IMG/VR virus record: IMGVR_UViG_3300007760_000655
Span: 1 to 61,299 of that record
DNA length: 61,299 nt
Direction: 5' to 3' (one strand)
From: a virus
Lineage: Duplodnaviria > Caudoviricetes
The notes under the pieces are model-generated. The model was not told where the DNA came from, did no database searches, and saw only the letters and a list, made by a program, of their open reading frames with translations. Made by a program: the position numbers and the translations under genes. Shown in pieces: positions 21,768 through 30,529 of this stretch (positions are counted from its first letter, which is position 1; every line of letters starts with the position of its first letter).

Positions 21768-22499
21768 TTAAGAAGCTGCTGCGTTTTTAGCTGCTTTCTT
21801 AGCACCGTCATGATTTGAACAAGACAAGCCACGGCGTGTTAACATAGTTTTAACACCACGTACCGTCTTATCAATAGACTCGGCTATCTGCTCTACAGTT
21901 AGACCAGAAATATCGCCTAGAGCTTCAAGAGCGTCCACGTTTGCTTTAGCACGTGACTCTTTCTGCTTTGGAATTGAAGTTATGTCGCCAGAACGTAGGA
22001 AAGATAATGCTTTACCACGAATTGAGTTAATAGACTTACCTAATTTTTCTGCTAGCTCTTCAACGAAAGCACCGTTAGCGTGCATTTCTAAGAAAGTAGC
22101 TTCTTCAGCAGGAGTGTAAGTACGAGCGACCTCGATTTTTTCTGCAGGTTTAACATGGTCAGTTAATTCCATAGAAAGAATTTTACCTTGAACTTGCTTA
22201 GCAGTAAAGTTACCACCTTCGAAGTTACCAGCAATATCTGCATATGTGTAAACGCCACTGTTACCAGTAACGAAGCTAGCCAAACTATCTGCTTGACTAT
22301 CAGTGAAGGCCTTTTTATGAGCAGAACTTGCTAGTTCTACGTCATGACCCATTTTACGTAGCTTAGAGCTAACAGAGCGAGTAGTTGTATCAAGCTCTAC
22401 TGCTGCTGAGGCTACAGTTTCTTGTGACACAGTGCCCATACCTTCAACTATTGCTGAAAGGATACGAGTACGGTCTTCTGTCCATCTTGGAGTTGTCAT
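21768..22499 (-). CDS. D5: D5-like DNA-binding protein with tandem HTH repeats
   Basis: RSVSSKLRKMG, KQVQGKILSMELT, NSIRGKALS, RGVKTMLTRRG repeats; position after ligB. Confidence 0.85.
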   Translation of the reverse strand: MTTPRWTEDRTRILSAIVEGMGTVSQETVASAAVELDTTTRSVSSKLRKMGHDVELASSAHKKAFTDSQADSLASFVTGNSGVYTYADIAGNFEGGNFTAKQVQGKILSMELTDHVKPAEKIEVARTYTPAEEATFLEMHANGAFVEELAEKLGKSINSIRGKALSFLRSGDITSIPKQKESRAKANVDALEALGDISGLTVEQIAESIDKTVRGVKTMLTRRGLSCSNHDGAKKAAKNAAAS

Positions 22500-23260
22500 A
22501 ATAAATGTTCCTTTAATATTTCTTTTATTGTTAAAATTGGAATACCATAGCTTTCAGCTTTAGTACTCTTACTTGATTTTCTTCCTTCTTCATCCACTAA
22601 GTAATCTGTTTTCTTAGTAACAGAGGAAGTAACGGTAAACCCTTTAGATTCTAAATACTCTTTTGCAAGAGTTCTATTTTTAAAATCGTTAAGTTTCCCT
22701 GTAATACAGACTGATTTTCCGATACTTTCAGCTGTTGGTTCTTGTACATCTGCCCTGAATGAAAAAGGCAAATACTCTAAGTTATCTTTAAATTGATTTT
22801 GATACCAATTGAGTAAGTTAGCACAGGATTTCGGCCCCAGTCCTGCTGCAGTAGCGCTGGTTGAAGTAATATCTTTCATGTTAGAGATTTTACTAAACAG
22901 TCGCTTGGAAGCAGTGTTGCCTATTAATGGAATGGAGAAAGCTGGAAGGAGAGTTCTCGCATCAACAGATTTACTATTTTCAATCTGCTTAAACAATTTC
23001 TCGCCCAGCTTTTCACCAATCTCAGTGGATATTTCCTTTTCTGTTATAGAATAAATATCCGATATAGAATTTAGAGGTAACTTTTCAATCGTTTTCGGCC
23101 CAAGCCCTTTAATTTTCAAGGTCTTTGCGAAATGCTCTATCAATTTGCTAGACTTAGCCTCACACTTGTTGTTCCTACAGAAAAGTTGGTCTTTCACCAA
23201 TTCTAATGTAGAGTCGCAAGTGGGACATGAGGTAGGTTCGTTAATAGTTGTTAAATTCAT
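22496..23260 (-). CDS. ligB: NAD-dependent DNA ligase subunit B (Zn finger, HhH, BRCT)
   Basis: CPTC...C.N..C, IKGLGPKT, BRCT CITGKL...SVTKKTDYL; start moved to ATG 23260 because a promoter lies in the upstream ORF extension. Confidence 0.88.
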   Translation of the reverse strand: MNLTTINEPTSCPTCDSTLELVKDQLFCRNNKCEAKSSKLIEHFAKTLKIKGLGPKTIEKLPLNSISDIYSITEKEISTEIGEKLGEKLFKQIENSKSVDARTLLPAFSIPLIGNTASKRLFSKISNMKDITSTSATAAGLGPKSCANLLNWYQNQFKDNLEYLPFSFRADVQEPTAESIGKSVCITGKLNDFKNRTLAKEYLESKGFTVTSSVTKKTDYLVDEEGRKSSKSTKAESYGIPILTIKEILKEHLL

Positions 23261-23290
23261 CTTGTTATTTCTCAATTTTCTATATAATAT

Positions 23291-23319
23291 ATTATACTGA
23301 AGTTTTACCAAAAAGTCAA
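23291..23319 (-). promoter_or_regulatory. sigma70 promoter between ligA and ligB
   Basis: TTGACT-17nt-TATAAT. Confidence 0.8.
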
Positions 23320-23339
23320 GTGTTATTTTTTTCGATGTC

Positions 23340-24311
23340 TTAACTGACTCTTTCAATAATTCGGGGGATTATCTTGCCCGCCCTTATTACCTTTACTCGA
23401 CACCCTATTTCAAGATTCAAACTTTTGATGTATGCCATGTTGTTCAAGGTTGCCCTCGAAATGATAGCATCATCAATTTCAATAGGGTCTAGTATTGCTA
23501 CTGGAGTAACTTTTCCACTTTTACCTGTTTGCCATATTACATCTAATAATGTGGTTTCAATACCTTCTTCCCTAGTTTTAAGAGCATAAGCTCCTCTAGG
23601 GTGATGAGAAGTGAAACCTAACGTTATGTATTCTATATTGTCATTTACACGGAATACTTTCCCGTCAGTTGGGAACTCCTCCCAATCACTATCCATTGCT
23701 GTATTAAAACCAGAGTATTCTAAATGGCTCATATCGCCCTCATATGTAGAACTAATATTAGGTTCTATATTATACGCTATAAAAGTAAGGTTTCTTCTTT
23801 TAAACTCCTCAATATCTTTTAAGTTTAATGCTCCTGCTGCGTAATTCCGTGCATTCGGAATTTCTTTGGGAGCTACTATTTCACCTGTAACTTGTAATAG
23901 TCCTTGATTTTTAATATAGTGCCCTGTACCTGCAAATGTGTACTCGGGGTATAGCTTTTGAGGTACGATACTATTATTTAAAAATTTGTCTGTTACTTCT
24001 ATTCCTGCTTTACCATCTCCTCTAGTAATTACACTAGAAAGTTTTCCGTTTCTATACTGTATAGAAATTGCTGCCCCATCTAATTTAGGGGTTTCAATTA
24101 CTTTACTTTTGTATACGGGTGGAGTGTCTTCCCCTTCGAATACTTTTTGTAACGAGTACAAGGGAAACATATGTAACATTCTAGCGTCAGGATTGTATCC
24201 TACACGTTCATAGTCCTCTTTCTTAGCGAGGGAGTCAAATTCTTCGTCTGACAAAAAAGGCGAACCTTCGAAGTACGCCTTTGATGCCTTATCTAATAGT
24301 TCTTTAGTCAT
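23340..24311 (-). CDS. ligA: NAD-dependent DNA ligase subunit A (adenylation + OB)
   Basis: KLDG, TRGDG, RNYAAG, DG.V, RATLNN. Confidence 0.93.
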   Translation of the reverse strand: MTKELLDKASKAYFEGSPFLSDEEFDSLAKKEDYERVGYNPDARMLHMFPLYSLQKVFEGEDTPPVYKSKVIETPKLDGAAISIQYRNGKLSSVITRGDGKAGIEVTDKFLNNSIVPQKLYPEYTFAGTGHYIKNQGLLQVTGEIVAPKEIPNARNYAAGALNLKDIEEFKRRNLTFIAYNIEPNISSTYEGDMSHLEYSGFNTAMDSDWEEFPTDGKVFRVNDNIEYITLGFTSHHPRGAYALKTREEGIETTLLDVIWQTGKSGKVTPVAILDPIEIDDAIISRATLNNMAYIKSLNLEIGCRVKVIRAGKIIPRIIERVS

Positions 24312-24594
24312 ATAAATCTTTTAGTAAGTCTTTAAAGTGTTCTTGTATAATAGTTTTGCTTTCTGATAAGGATAGTAGTTCTACTAAACCTTCAAATAAG
24401 TTGGATAGACTGTTAAGTTCAAATGGAATACATACTCCCTCTTTCGTGGGTTTGTACTCCCCCTCAAAGTCTAAATAGTATTTTCTTATATGAACATACT
24501 CAACATCTCTGAAAGTAGATACAACTAACCTATATTGTATTTCTTTATCTTCTTGTTCTAGAATTATTTTTTCATAAACATCATCACCTGTCAT
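24304..24594 (-). CDS. PC4/transcriptional coactivator p15-like ssDNA-binding protein
   Basis: FRDVEYVHIRKYY...PTKEGV. Confidence 0.8.
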   Translation of the reverse strand: MTGDDVYEKIILEQEDKEIQYRLVVSTFRDVEYVHIRKYYLDFEGEYKPTKEGVCIPFELNSLSNLFEGLVELLSLSESKTIIQEHFKDLLKDLYD

Positions 24595-24869
24595 GGTATT
24601 CTATTCCTTAAAATTGTTCCCAACGGTTGAATACTTGTAACTGCGTTGACGTTTATTTGTCTAAAAGAGTCTGTATCCCAACAAAATAGTAGAATACAAC
24701 CCTCTTTCACCGTTATATTTTTCTTTTGATTTTTCTCTTTAATGTAATTACACGAATCAAATTCTAAAGTGCATACATTGTACTTGAGTTTTTTGGAAAC
24801 TGGGCTTCTGTATGTAATAACTGCATCACCCGCCTCTTCCATTTTCTCTAAGAATAGGGATTTCATCAT
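24591..24869 (-). CDS. Conserved T5-like small SH3/WYL-like fold protein
   Basis: YNVCTLEFD...FCWDTDSFR; synteny. Confidence 0.5.
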   Translation of the reverse strand: MMKSLFLEKMEEAGDAVITYRSPVSKKLKYNVCTLEFDSCNYIKEKNQKKNITVKEGCILLFCWDTDSFRQINVNAVTSIQPLGTILRNRIP

Positions 24870-25476
24870 TTATCTTTACTCCTAACTGTTGTAAATGTCG
24901 TAGACTGCCTAACTCATACCACGGAACGTAAGCATGTTTATAATAATCACCTAGCACCTGTATGCCGTAGCAAGGGTAGTGTAAATCATCTTTATCATGT
25001 CTTACAGTTATTTCCGCTGTATGGTTATATTGGGCAGACCATACTAGTTCACCTGGTTCGTAGTCCTCAGTAAGGACTTCGTCGGGGAGTAACTTTGGGT
25101 GAAAGTAACTATGGCTAGTAGAACGAACGGGGACGTTATTCCTTTCCATAATTCCTTTTATGAAAGCAGAGGAACGATACATAGACTCTGCAATCTTATA
25201 TAGAGGTTCTCCATCAAGATATTCCTCTATTGCTCGTACGGTTTCCTGCTCTGTTGCAGGTTTACCATAGTTTTTTGCTTTAAGTCGCTTTATAGTTGCT
25301 TCTCGTTCCTTAAAGCCTTTGATTATATTACCAAGACGAGTAGTATTATAAGAAATTCTTAATAAATTACACGCTTCTTTCTTAGTAATTGGTTTATCAC
25401 TTTCTAATAGGTCAATTACATGACGAATATTGCTAGGGTTTAGTTTTTCACTATCCTTTACTTTTACTCTTGCCAT
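24826..25476 (-). CDS. D2: D2-like protein
   Basis: TKKEACNLLRISYNTTRL, EYLDG..IAESMYRS; recalled similarity and synteny. Confidence 0.65.
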   Translation of the reverse strand: MARVKVKDSEKLNPSNIRHVIDLLESDKPITKKEACNLLRISYNTTRLGNIIKGFKEREATIKRLKAKNYGKPATEQETVRAIEEYLDGEPLYKIAESMYRSSAFIKGIMERNNVPVRSTSHSYFHPKLLPDEVLTEDYEPGELVWSAQYNHTAEITVRHDKDDLHYPCYGIQVLGDYYKHAYVPWYELGSLRHLQQLGVKINDEIPILRENGRGG

Positions 25477-25506
25477 GCAACCCCCTATTAGAAAATAATA
25501 AAATTT

Positions 25507-25878
25507 CTAAAGTTCGTAATCGCTTGTTTGACGAAGCTTACTGATTACATCTGATAAGTATTCAGCTGCCTTGCCTGTCATTTTGCCAATAATTTCCATA
25601 TCAGGTTCCAAACCTGCGGAAGTTATTTCAGCACATAACTTAGCGTGGGCTGCAACCTTTGATACTCTCTTACCTTTAGAACCATTCGTGGTAGCAGTAC
25701 TAGTAACATCTTTTTTAATGTATACTCCTGCTTTGGTAAGTATCATGCGAACACCGTTTGGGGACTCTCCCACATCTTCAGCTATTTCTTTTACTATTTC
25801 CATTGAAGTTTCAGGAGTAGGATTTGCACCTTCATATTGTGCAACTACTTCTGCTCTTTTGTCATCATCCCATGCCAT
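25507..25878 (-). CDS. D3: D3-like DNA-binding protein
   Basis: IAEDVGESPNGVRMILTKAGVY...KMTGKAAEY. Confidence 0.75.
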   Translation of the reverse strand: MAWDDDKRAEVVAQYEGANPTPETSMEIVKEIAEDVGESPNGVRMILTKAGVYIKKDVTSTATTNGSKGKRVSKVAAHAKLCAEITSAGLEPDMEIIGKMTGKAAEYLSDVISKLRQTSDYEL

Positions 25879-25880
25879 AA

Positions 25881-26105
25881 TTAGTTTCCTTTATTTGATT
25901 GTTGTGTTTTAGGATTCTTAGCTTTATCAATTATTTCTTGAAGCTTTTCCTCCTCTTTCTTTTGCTCTTTATCAGCAACATACTCTAGGGTAGCGATTAT
26001 TTGCTTTAATCCCTTTATGTTTTCATTAAGATTTTCTTGTTGTTCGTACAAGCGAGAGAGCTGTGCTCTTTGTTGTTGTACTTCTTCTTTATATTTGGTG
26101 GACAT
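25881..26105 (-). CDS. Hypothetical coiled-coil protein
   Basis: ORF in operon. Confidence 0.5.
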   Translation of the reverse strand: MSTKYKEEVQQQRAQLSRLYEQQENLNENIKGLKQIIATLEYVADKEQKKEEEKLQEIIDKAKNPKTQQSNKGN

Positions 26106-26125
26106 TGAAATTCCTGTGATAAAAT

Positions 26126-26160
26126 AAAAAGCCCCATATTGCGGAATGGGGCGAAACCGT
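26126..26160 (-). terminator. Intrinsic terminator, possibly pseudoknotted
   Basis: GCCCCAT/ATGGGGC stem + TTTTT. Confidence 0.65.
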
Positions 26161-26164
26161 CTTG

Positions 26165-26455
26165 TTATTTAAGATTTGTTAAACCAGCAATCACTTGGGA
26201 CATCTTGTCTTTTGTGAAATTGCGATAACAAGTTCCAAAACCATTATCACGTATCCACTTAGTCCTAGTTGTAAAAGCATCATCAACTCCCTTTTGTAAC
26301 TCTACTAAACCTTTTTCGAGTTTTACTTTATCCTCAAAGTCCAGTTCCGTAATGTCTAACGTTAAGTAGTTATTACTGGCAGGTGATAGTATAATTGCTT
26401 CTCTATTTGTGATATCTTCTGGTGTTTTGCGATATTGGAATTGAATTGTGTTCAT
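26165..26455 (-). CDS. Hypothetical protein
   Basis: ORF downstream of promoter 26504-26532. Confidence 0.6.
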   Translation of the reverse strand: MNTIQFQYRKTPEDITNREAIILSPASNNYLTLDITELDFEDKVKLEKGLVELQKGVDDAFTTRTKWIRDNGFGTCYRNFTKDKMSQVIAGLTNLK

Positions 26456-26503
26456 CTTTTGCGTTCTCTATGTTAAAGTTAAATTTTCGATTTTTATATA
26501 AAT

Positions 26504-26532
26504 ATTATACTTAATTTTAAGTAAAAAGTCAA
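26504..26532 (-). promoter_or_regulatory. sigma70 promoter
   Basis: TTGACT-17nt-TATAAT. Confidence 0.8.
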
Positions 26533-26565
26533 GAAATATTTTTTATTTGTTATGAGTTAAGGAGC

Positions 26566-26871
26566 TTAATGTAGTGTACTTTTTACCTCTTTTTGGTATT
26601 GTTTATATAGTTCTATTTCACCATTGTAGGCTTCATCTTCTTCAAAAACACCAGTATCTTGATACTGTTTCCAATGTATTAATTCATGGCATATTGCTAC
26701 TGATTGTTCTGCTCGAGAAAGGTTTTCATTAATTTCTATGTAAGCATTATCATAACAGTACCCGTCAGCATCTAATGGTACTAAGTTTATCATAACACTA
26801 CCTTCTATTCCCAGTTCTTTGTATACCCAGGAACCCACCTCTAGAGCTAAATGACTATTACTAAAGACCAT
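26566..26871 (-). CDS. Small HExxH metallopeptidase-like protein
   Basis: CHELIHWKQ...E.EAY. Confidence 0.65.
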   Translation of the reverse strand: MVFSNSHLALEVGSWVYKELGIEGSVMINLVPLDADGYCYDNAYIEINENLSRAEQSVAICHELIHWKQYQDTGVFEEDEAYNGEIELYKQYQKEVKSTLH

Positions 26872-27125
26872 TAATGTACTTTAGTGTCGTCTATACCAAG
26901 AACTTGTCTAGCCCTCTCTGCCGTTTCTTCTAAAGACCACCCATTTTCTACTTCTAGTTGGGCGATTCTTTCTTCTTGTACTAATACTATATCCTTTAGT
27001 CTTATTACTAATTCTCCAAGCTCTACTGTTGCTTGAGATTGAGTATTAACTGTAGTATTGATTTTTTCAGCCATCTCTGCTACTTCTCCAATGAGAGTTG
27101 CTAATGTTTCTTTTTTAATCCACAT
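26871..27125 (-). CDS. Hypothetical protein
   Basis: GGAGG SD, ORF in operon. Confidence 0.55.
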   Translation of the reverse strand: MWIKKETLATLIGEVAEMAEKINTTVNTQSQATVELGELVIRLKDIVLVQEERIAQLEVENGWSLEETAERARQVLGIDDTKVH

Positions 27126-27612
27126 TATTTTTTCCTCCTTTCAATAACTTAAATAAGTCATAGTGTTTAGTTTCAACATCTTGACTATCTACCGTATCGG
27201 GAAGACTATCAAAATACTCTTTAGCAGATACTTGTTTGTTTCTGCCTGTTTCTTTGTCTTTAACATATATGTTATCGTTTTCTGATGAAGTTAATTTCTC
27301 GGGTAATCTATCATGCTCTTTAACGAATGTGCCATCAGACCTGAGGTATCCCTTTCTGTCTTTTATTTCATTGTAGGCTGCTTCTGCACAGGAAGTTAAG
27401 TCTATACCCTCTACTATGCATACTCCTCTAAGCGTAACATATATGTCGCCTACTGCATCTACTATCTCAAGCAAATTATTAGTATTTATTGCGTCAATTA
27501 ATTCAGTAGTTTCTTCTAAGGTTTTTATAGCCTGACTCATAGTTTTACCGTTTGCTACTATCCCCCTATCTTCAAACCATTGGTCAATTTTATCATCTAC
27601 TGTTTTGTGCAT
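27115..27612 (-). CDS. MazG-like nucleotide pyrophosphohydrolase
   Basis: KTLEETTEL...DAVGD...AYNEIKDRKG...FVK. Confidence 0.8.
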   Translation of the reverse strand: MHKTVDDKIDQWFEDRGIVANGKTMSQAIKTLEETTELIDAINTNNLLEIVDAVGDIYVTLRGVCIVEGIDLTSCAEAAYNEIKDRKGYLRSDGTFVKEHDRLPEKLTSSENDNIYVKDKETGRNKQVSAKEYFDSLPDTVDSQDVETKHYDLFKLLKGGKNNVD

Positions 27613-27887
27613 TATGTTATTCCTCCTTTCATTAGAAACTTAACTACCCCTGTGAGGTATATAAATATCGCCATAGCATTAACAACTATTAATGCTCTAT
27701 CGTGCCATATAATGGCAACAAGAGCCCAACCAGCAACACCGATTAGGGAAATTATCATTTGTAGTAAAGGGTATTGGCCTCCTGCACTTATTAGTACCAT
27801 ACCAGCTAGACAGAATACATTAGCAATCCATTTTATATACCAGCTAAGTTCCCGTACAGGAGTTACCTTTTGATAGGCTATTTTCAT
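27612..27887 (-). CDS. Small 3-TM membrane protein
   Basis: SWYIKW...WHDRALIVVN, hydrophobic helices. Confidence 0.6.
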   Translation of the reverse strand: MKIAYQKVTPVRELSWYIKWIANVFCLAGMVLISAGGQYPLLQMIISLIGVAGWALVAIIWHDRALIVVNAMAIFIYLTGVVKFLMKGGIT

Positions 27888-27913
27888 GTTAAATTTTTGA
27901 TTTTTAAATGAAT

Positions 27914-27942
27914 ATTATACTATAATTTGAGGTTAATGTCAA
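27914..27942 (-). promoter_or_regulatory. sigma70 promoter
   Basis: TTGACA-17nt-TATAAT. Confidence 0.85.
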
Positions 27943-27961
27943 GTATTATTTTTAAACAATG

Positions 27962-28234
27962 TTAATTTTTGGAGTTTCTTTCAAGAAATCCTTGAGTTAA
28001 ACTGATTATAAAGTTTTTTCTGACTTTATCATTTAATATGGGATATATCAAGGCTGGAAGGGCTACTATAGCTAAGCTAGTCCATACTAGTCCTGATAAG
28101 ATTTGATTGCGTAACATAGGGTGATTACCTTCTGTTGCACGGGCTAATAACTGTACTGAAGGTCTAAAAATTGCCCACCAGGTTACTAAAGCACCTGATA
28201 TTGCAAACGTCGTATAATAATAAAACCATTCCAT
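27962..28234 (-). CDS. Hypothetical membrane protein
   Basis: Two hydrophobic segments; own promoter at 28282-28310 (TTGACT-17-TATAAT). Confidence 0.55.
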   Translation of the reverse strand: MEWFYYYTTFAISGALVTWWAIFRPSVQLLARATEGNHPMLRNQILSGLVWTSLAIVALPALIYPILNDKVRKNFIISLTQGFLERNSKN

Positions 28235-28333
28235 TATGTTATTCCTTAAAAACCCTAGAAGTTACTACTACTTCTTTACATATTATAACAAATTTGACCA
28301 AAAAAGTCAAGGAATAATTTTCTTATCCATACT

Positions 28334-28356
28334 AAAAAGCCCTCCGTAGAGGGCTT
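28334..28356 (-). terminator. Intrinsic terminator after hsp20
   Basis: AAGCCCTC-TACG-GAGGGCTTTTT. Confidence 0.75.
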
Positions 28357-28363
28357 AGTCCGA

Positions 28364-28777
28364 CTATAATGAAATCCGTCTAGGCTTTAGTTCCTCAGGA
28401 ATATCGAGGCTTAAGTCTACTACTAGAACCCCGTTCTTTAAGTCAGCGTGAGTCACATTCATATGCTCTGCTAACTTGAACTCTCTTGTAAAAGCTCTAT
28501 TACCAATTCCTTTGTATACGAACTCGGTCTCTGTCATACTATCAGGTTTTGCACCTTTAATAGTTAGTTTACCGTTATGTTGTTCGATAGTAAGTTGGTC
28601 TTTTGACCATCCAGCCAAAGCTACCTCGATGGTATACTTCTCATCAGAGTGTTTTGCTATGTTGTATGGGGGGTATTTAAGATTGCCTGAAATTCTATCT
28701 GCGTGTGAGAAGAAGTCGTCGAATCCTATCATTAAATCCCTAAAAGGGAAGTCGTGTACTAATTGTGTTGCTACCAT
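28364..28777 (-). CDS. Small heat-shock protein Hsp20 (IbpA-like)
   Basis: IGFD, YPPYNI, IEVALAG, YKGIGNRAFTREF.L, LKNGVL, PEELKPRRI. Confidence 0.95.
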   Translation of the reverse strand: MVATQLVHDFPFRDLMIGFDDFFSHADRISGNLKYPPYNIAKHSDEKYTIEVALAGWSKDQLTIEQHNGKLTIKGAKPDSMTETEFVYKGIGNRAFTREFKLAEHMNVTHADLKNGVLVVDLSLDIPEELKPRRISL

Positions 28778-28890
28778 TATAATTTCTCCTTATAAAGTAA
28801 GAATTGTGTGCTTATATTAAGCCACACGGGTTAAAAGTGGGCTAATGCCCGTCTATAATAGTTGGTAACCCCGAAGGCATTACTACTATT
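28778..28890 (-). promoter_or_regulatory. ROSE-like RNA thermometer 5' UTR of hsp20
   Basis: UUCG-capped hairpin, further hairpins, and UUCUUACUU-UAU-AAGGAGAA pairing over the SD; promoter TTGACT-17-TATAAT at 28898-28926. Confidence 0.6.
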
Positions 28891-29067
28891 TATGTATATT
28901 ATATCAAATTTCACCAAAAAAGTCAAGCACTATTTTCCTCATCTTCAAGTTCTATAATGCCCAGCCTTTCTAGACTATTAACTGCGTCTAGAATACCTTG
29001 TTTACGTCCTATATAATAAGAACTGCCTGTTGCAATAATTAAAAATATACCTACTAATATCTGTATA

Positions 29068-29208
29068 TCAGATACTCCCATTTTGACACCTCTTTGAGTT
29101 AGGGTGACGTTTACACCTGTATGTGCCATGACTATACATCTTTTTAGAAATTCTGTTTTTGTTGGCGTCCCTCTTTAATATAACGCCTGGTATTGCTCTC
29201 TTGCTCAT
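29068..29208 (-). CDS. 46-aa basic protein (not in ORF track)
   Basis: MSKRAIPGVILKRDANKNRISKKMYSHGTYRCKRHPNSKRCQNGSI; SD AAGGAGAGG. Confidence 0.6.
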   Translation of the reverse strand: MSKRAIPGVILKRDANKNRISKKMYSHGTYRCKRHPNSKRCQNGSI

Positions 29209-29435
29209 ATTCCTCTCCTTGAAATTTAATAATTAAAAAATAAAAGCCCTTCTATTTATTTAGGGGACCGAAGGGCGAGTCCCGCAGGATTGTTGTACTA
29301 TCACAATTTTAAGGGTTGGGAGGAGTATTTGCACCCACCTTATAAAGATTCCCTAAGACTTTTAGGTATATAAGGCACTTTGAATCCCTCGATAGTTAGG
29401 GTAGGTAGTCGACCTACTTTCCTTTTTCACAACAA

Positions 29436-29570
29436 CTATTTACCCTGACCTCTATACTTCTTGAAACTTCTTCGTTTGGACTTATTCATAGTGGAAGTTT
29501 TTATCCACCTCCTGCCAATGCTCGTTTTCTTCCGAGTTGCGTATTCCCATTTCTTCTTTACCCAACTCAT
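29436..29570 (-). CDS. 44-aa highly basic peptide ending KKYRGQGK (not in ORF track)
   Basis: MSWVKKKWEYATRKKTSIGRRWIKTSTMNKSKRRSFKKYRGQGK; resembles a small family I recall from marine phages. Confidence 0.7.
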   Translation of the reverse strand: MSWVKKKWEYATRKKTSIGRRWIKTSTMNKSKRRSFKKYRGQGK

Positions 29571-29841
29571 TTTCTGAACCCGACTCTTTCACTAACTTTA
29601 AATATTGCCCTAGCTTGTGGGAACACACGTCTAGCGTGTTCTTTATTAGGGGCTCGCAGGTTCTCTATACGGAGGTTCTGCTTGTATATTAAAAAGTTTT
29701 GAAACATTCTGTAATTTTAGTTTATTAAAAAGTTCTGAAGATAAAGTTGGTTTCCCAAAATATTCTACACATTGGTAAGTAATTCTTAAGGTTGGGTAAA
29801 TAGGACACCCATTATTGGCTTTGGTACAATGATTGCATAAA

Positions 29842-30192
29842 TCAATCATCATAGTGTTCACCTTCAGCTAATAGGTGTACTATATTCAACATTGTAAATC
29901 CTCTACGCAGTTTTTGACAAGTCATACTATTTGCTTGGTCATAACCTCTTGCGTAATAGGCATCTTGAGTATCTTCTGTAGAAAAACCATGTATCTCTAC
30001 TGCTTTTTCTATAAATTCTCCTCCTAGTACTGATATGCCACCACATCTTACGTGGTAGTTTGCCATAGCACCCAGTACTGCTCCTGTATAATCTCTATAC
30101 TCTAGAAGTAATTTTTCATTCCAGTTATCTCCTAGTTCTGAAAAACTACTTGTAGAACATATTAAGAGTAAAGTACATATTAGTTTTTTCAT
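29842..30192 (-). CDS. Hypothetical exported protein
   Basis: N-terminal signal peptide MKKLICTLLLICSTSSFS. Confidence 0.55.
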   Translation of the reverse strand: MKKLICTLLLICSTSSFSELGDNWNEKLLLEYRDYTGAVLGAMANYHVRCGGISVLGGEFIEKAVEIHGFSTEDTQDAYYARGYDQANSMTCQKLRRGFTMLNIVHLLAEGEHYDD

Positions 30193-30512
30193 ATTCCGTA
30201 GTCCTTTAACCAGTGTGCAAAAAATCCTTTATCTGTTACTCCTGTGTGTCTGGCAACCTCTGTGCCATTAACAAATAGAACTAGAGTAGGGATACTTCTA
30301 ATGTTATATCTTTCAGATAAATACTTGTTTTCATCTACATCTATCTTTACAACACCAAATTCACCGTAACCATCTCTTGCAACCTTCTCTAATATTGGAG
30401 CCATCTGCTTACAGGGTTCACACCAACTAGCATAGAAATCTACTATAACTAGACTTTTATTTAGTACATCATAATCAAATCTATTATCATCTGACGCTAT
30501 TACATAACTCAT
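30189..30512 (-). CDS. trxA: Thioredoxin
   Basis: VDFYASWCEPCK, IRSIPTL; probable start ATG 30512 after AGAGG SD. Confidence 0.92.
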   Translation of the reverse strand: MSYVIASDDNRFDYDVLNKSLVIVDFYASWCEPCKQMAPILEKVARDGYGEFGVVKIDVDENKYLSERYNIRSIPTLVLFVNGTEVARHTGVTDKGFFAHWLKDYGI

Positions 30513-30529
30513 ACAGTTTCCTCTTAAAT

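Noticed and set aside
23261-23356. N-terminal extension of ligB in the ORF track
   Set aside because: It runs through a consensus promoter; the real start is likely ATG 23260
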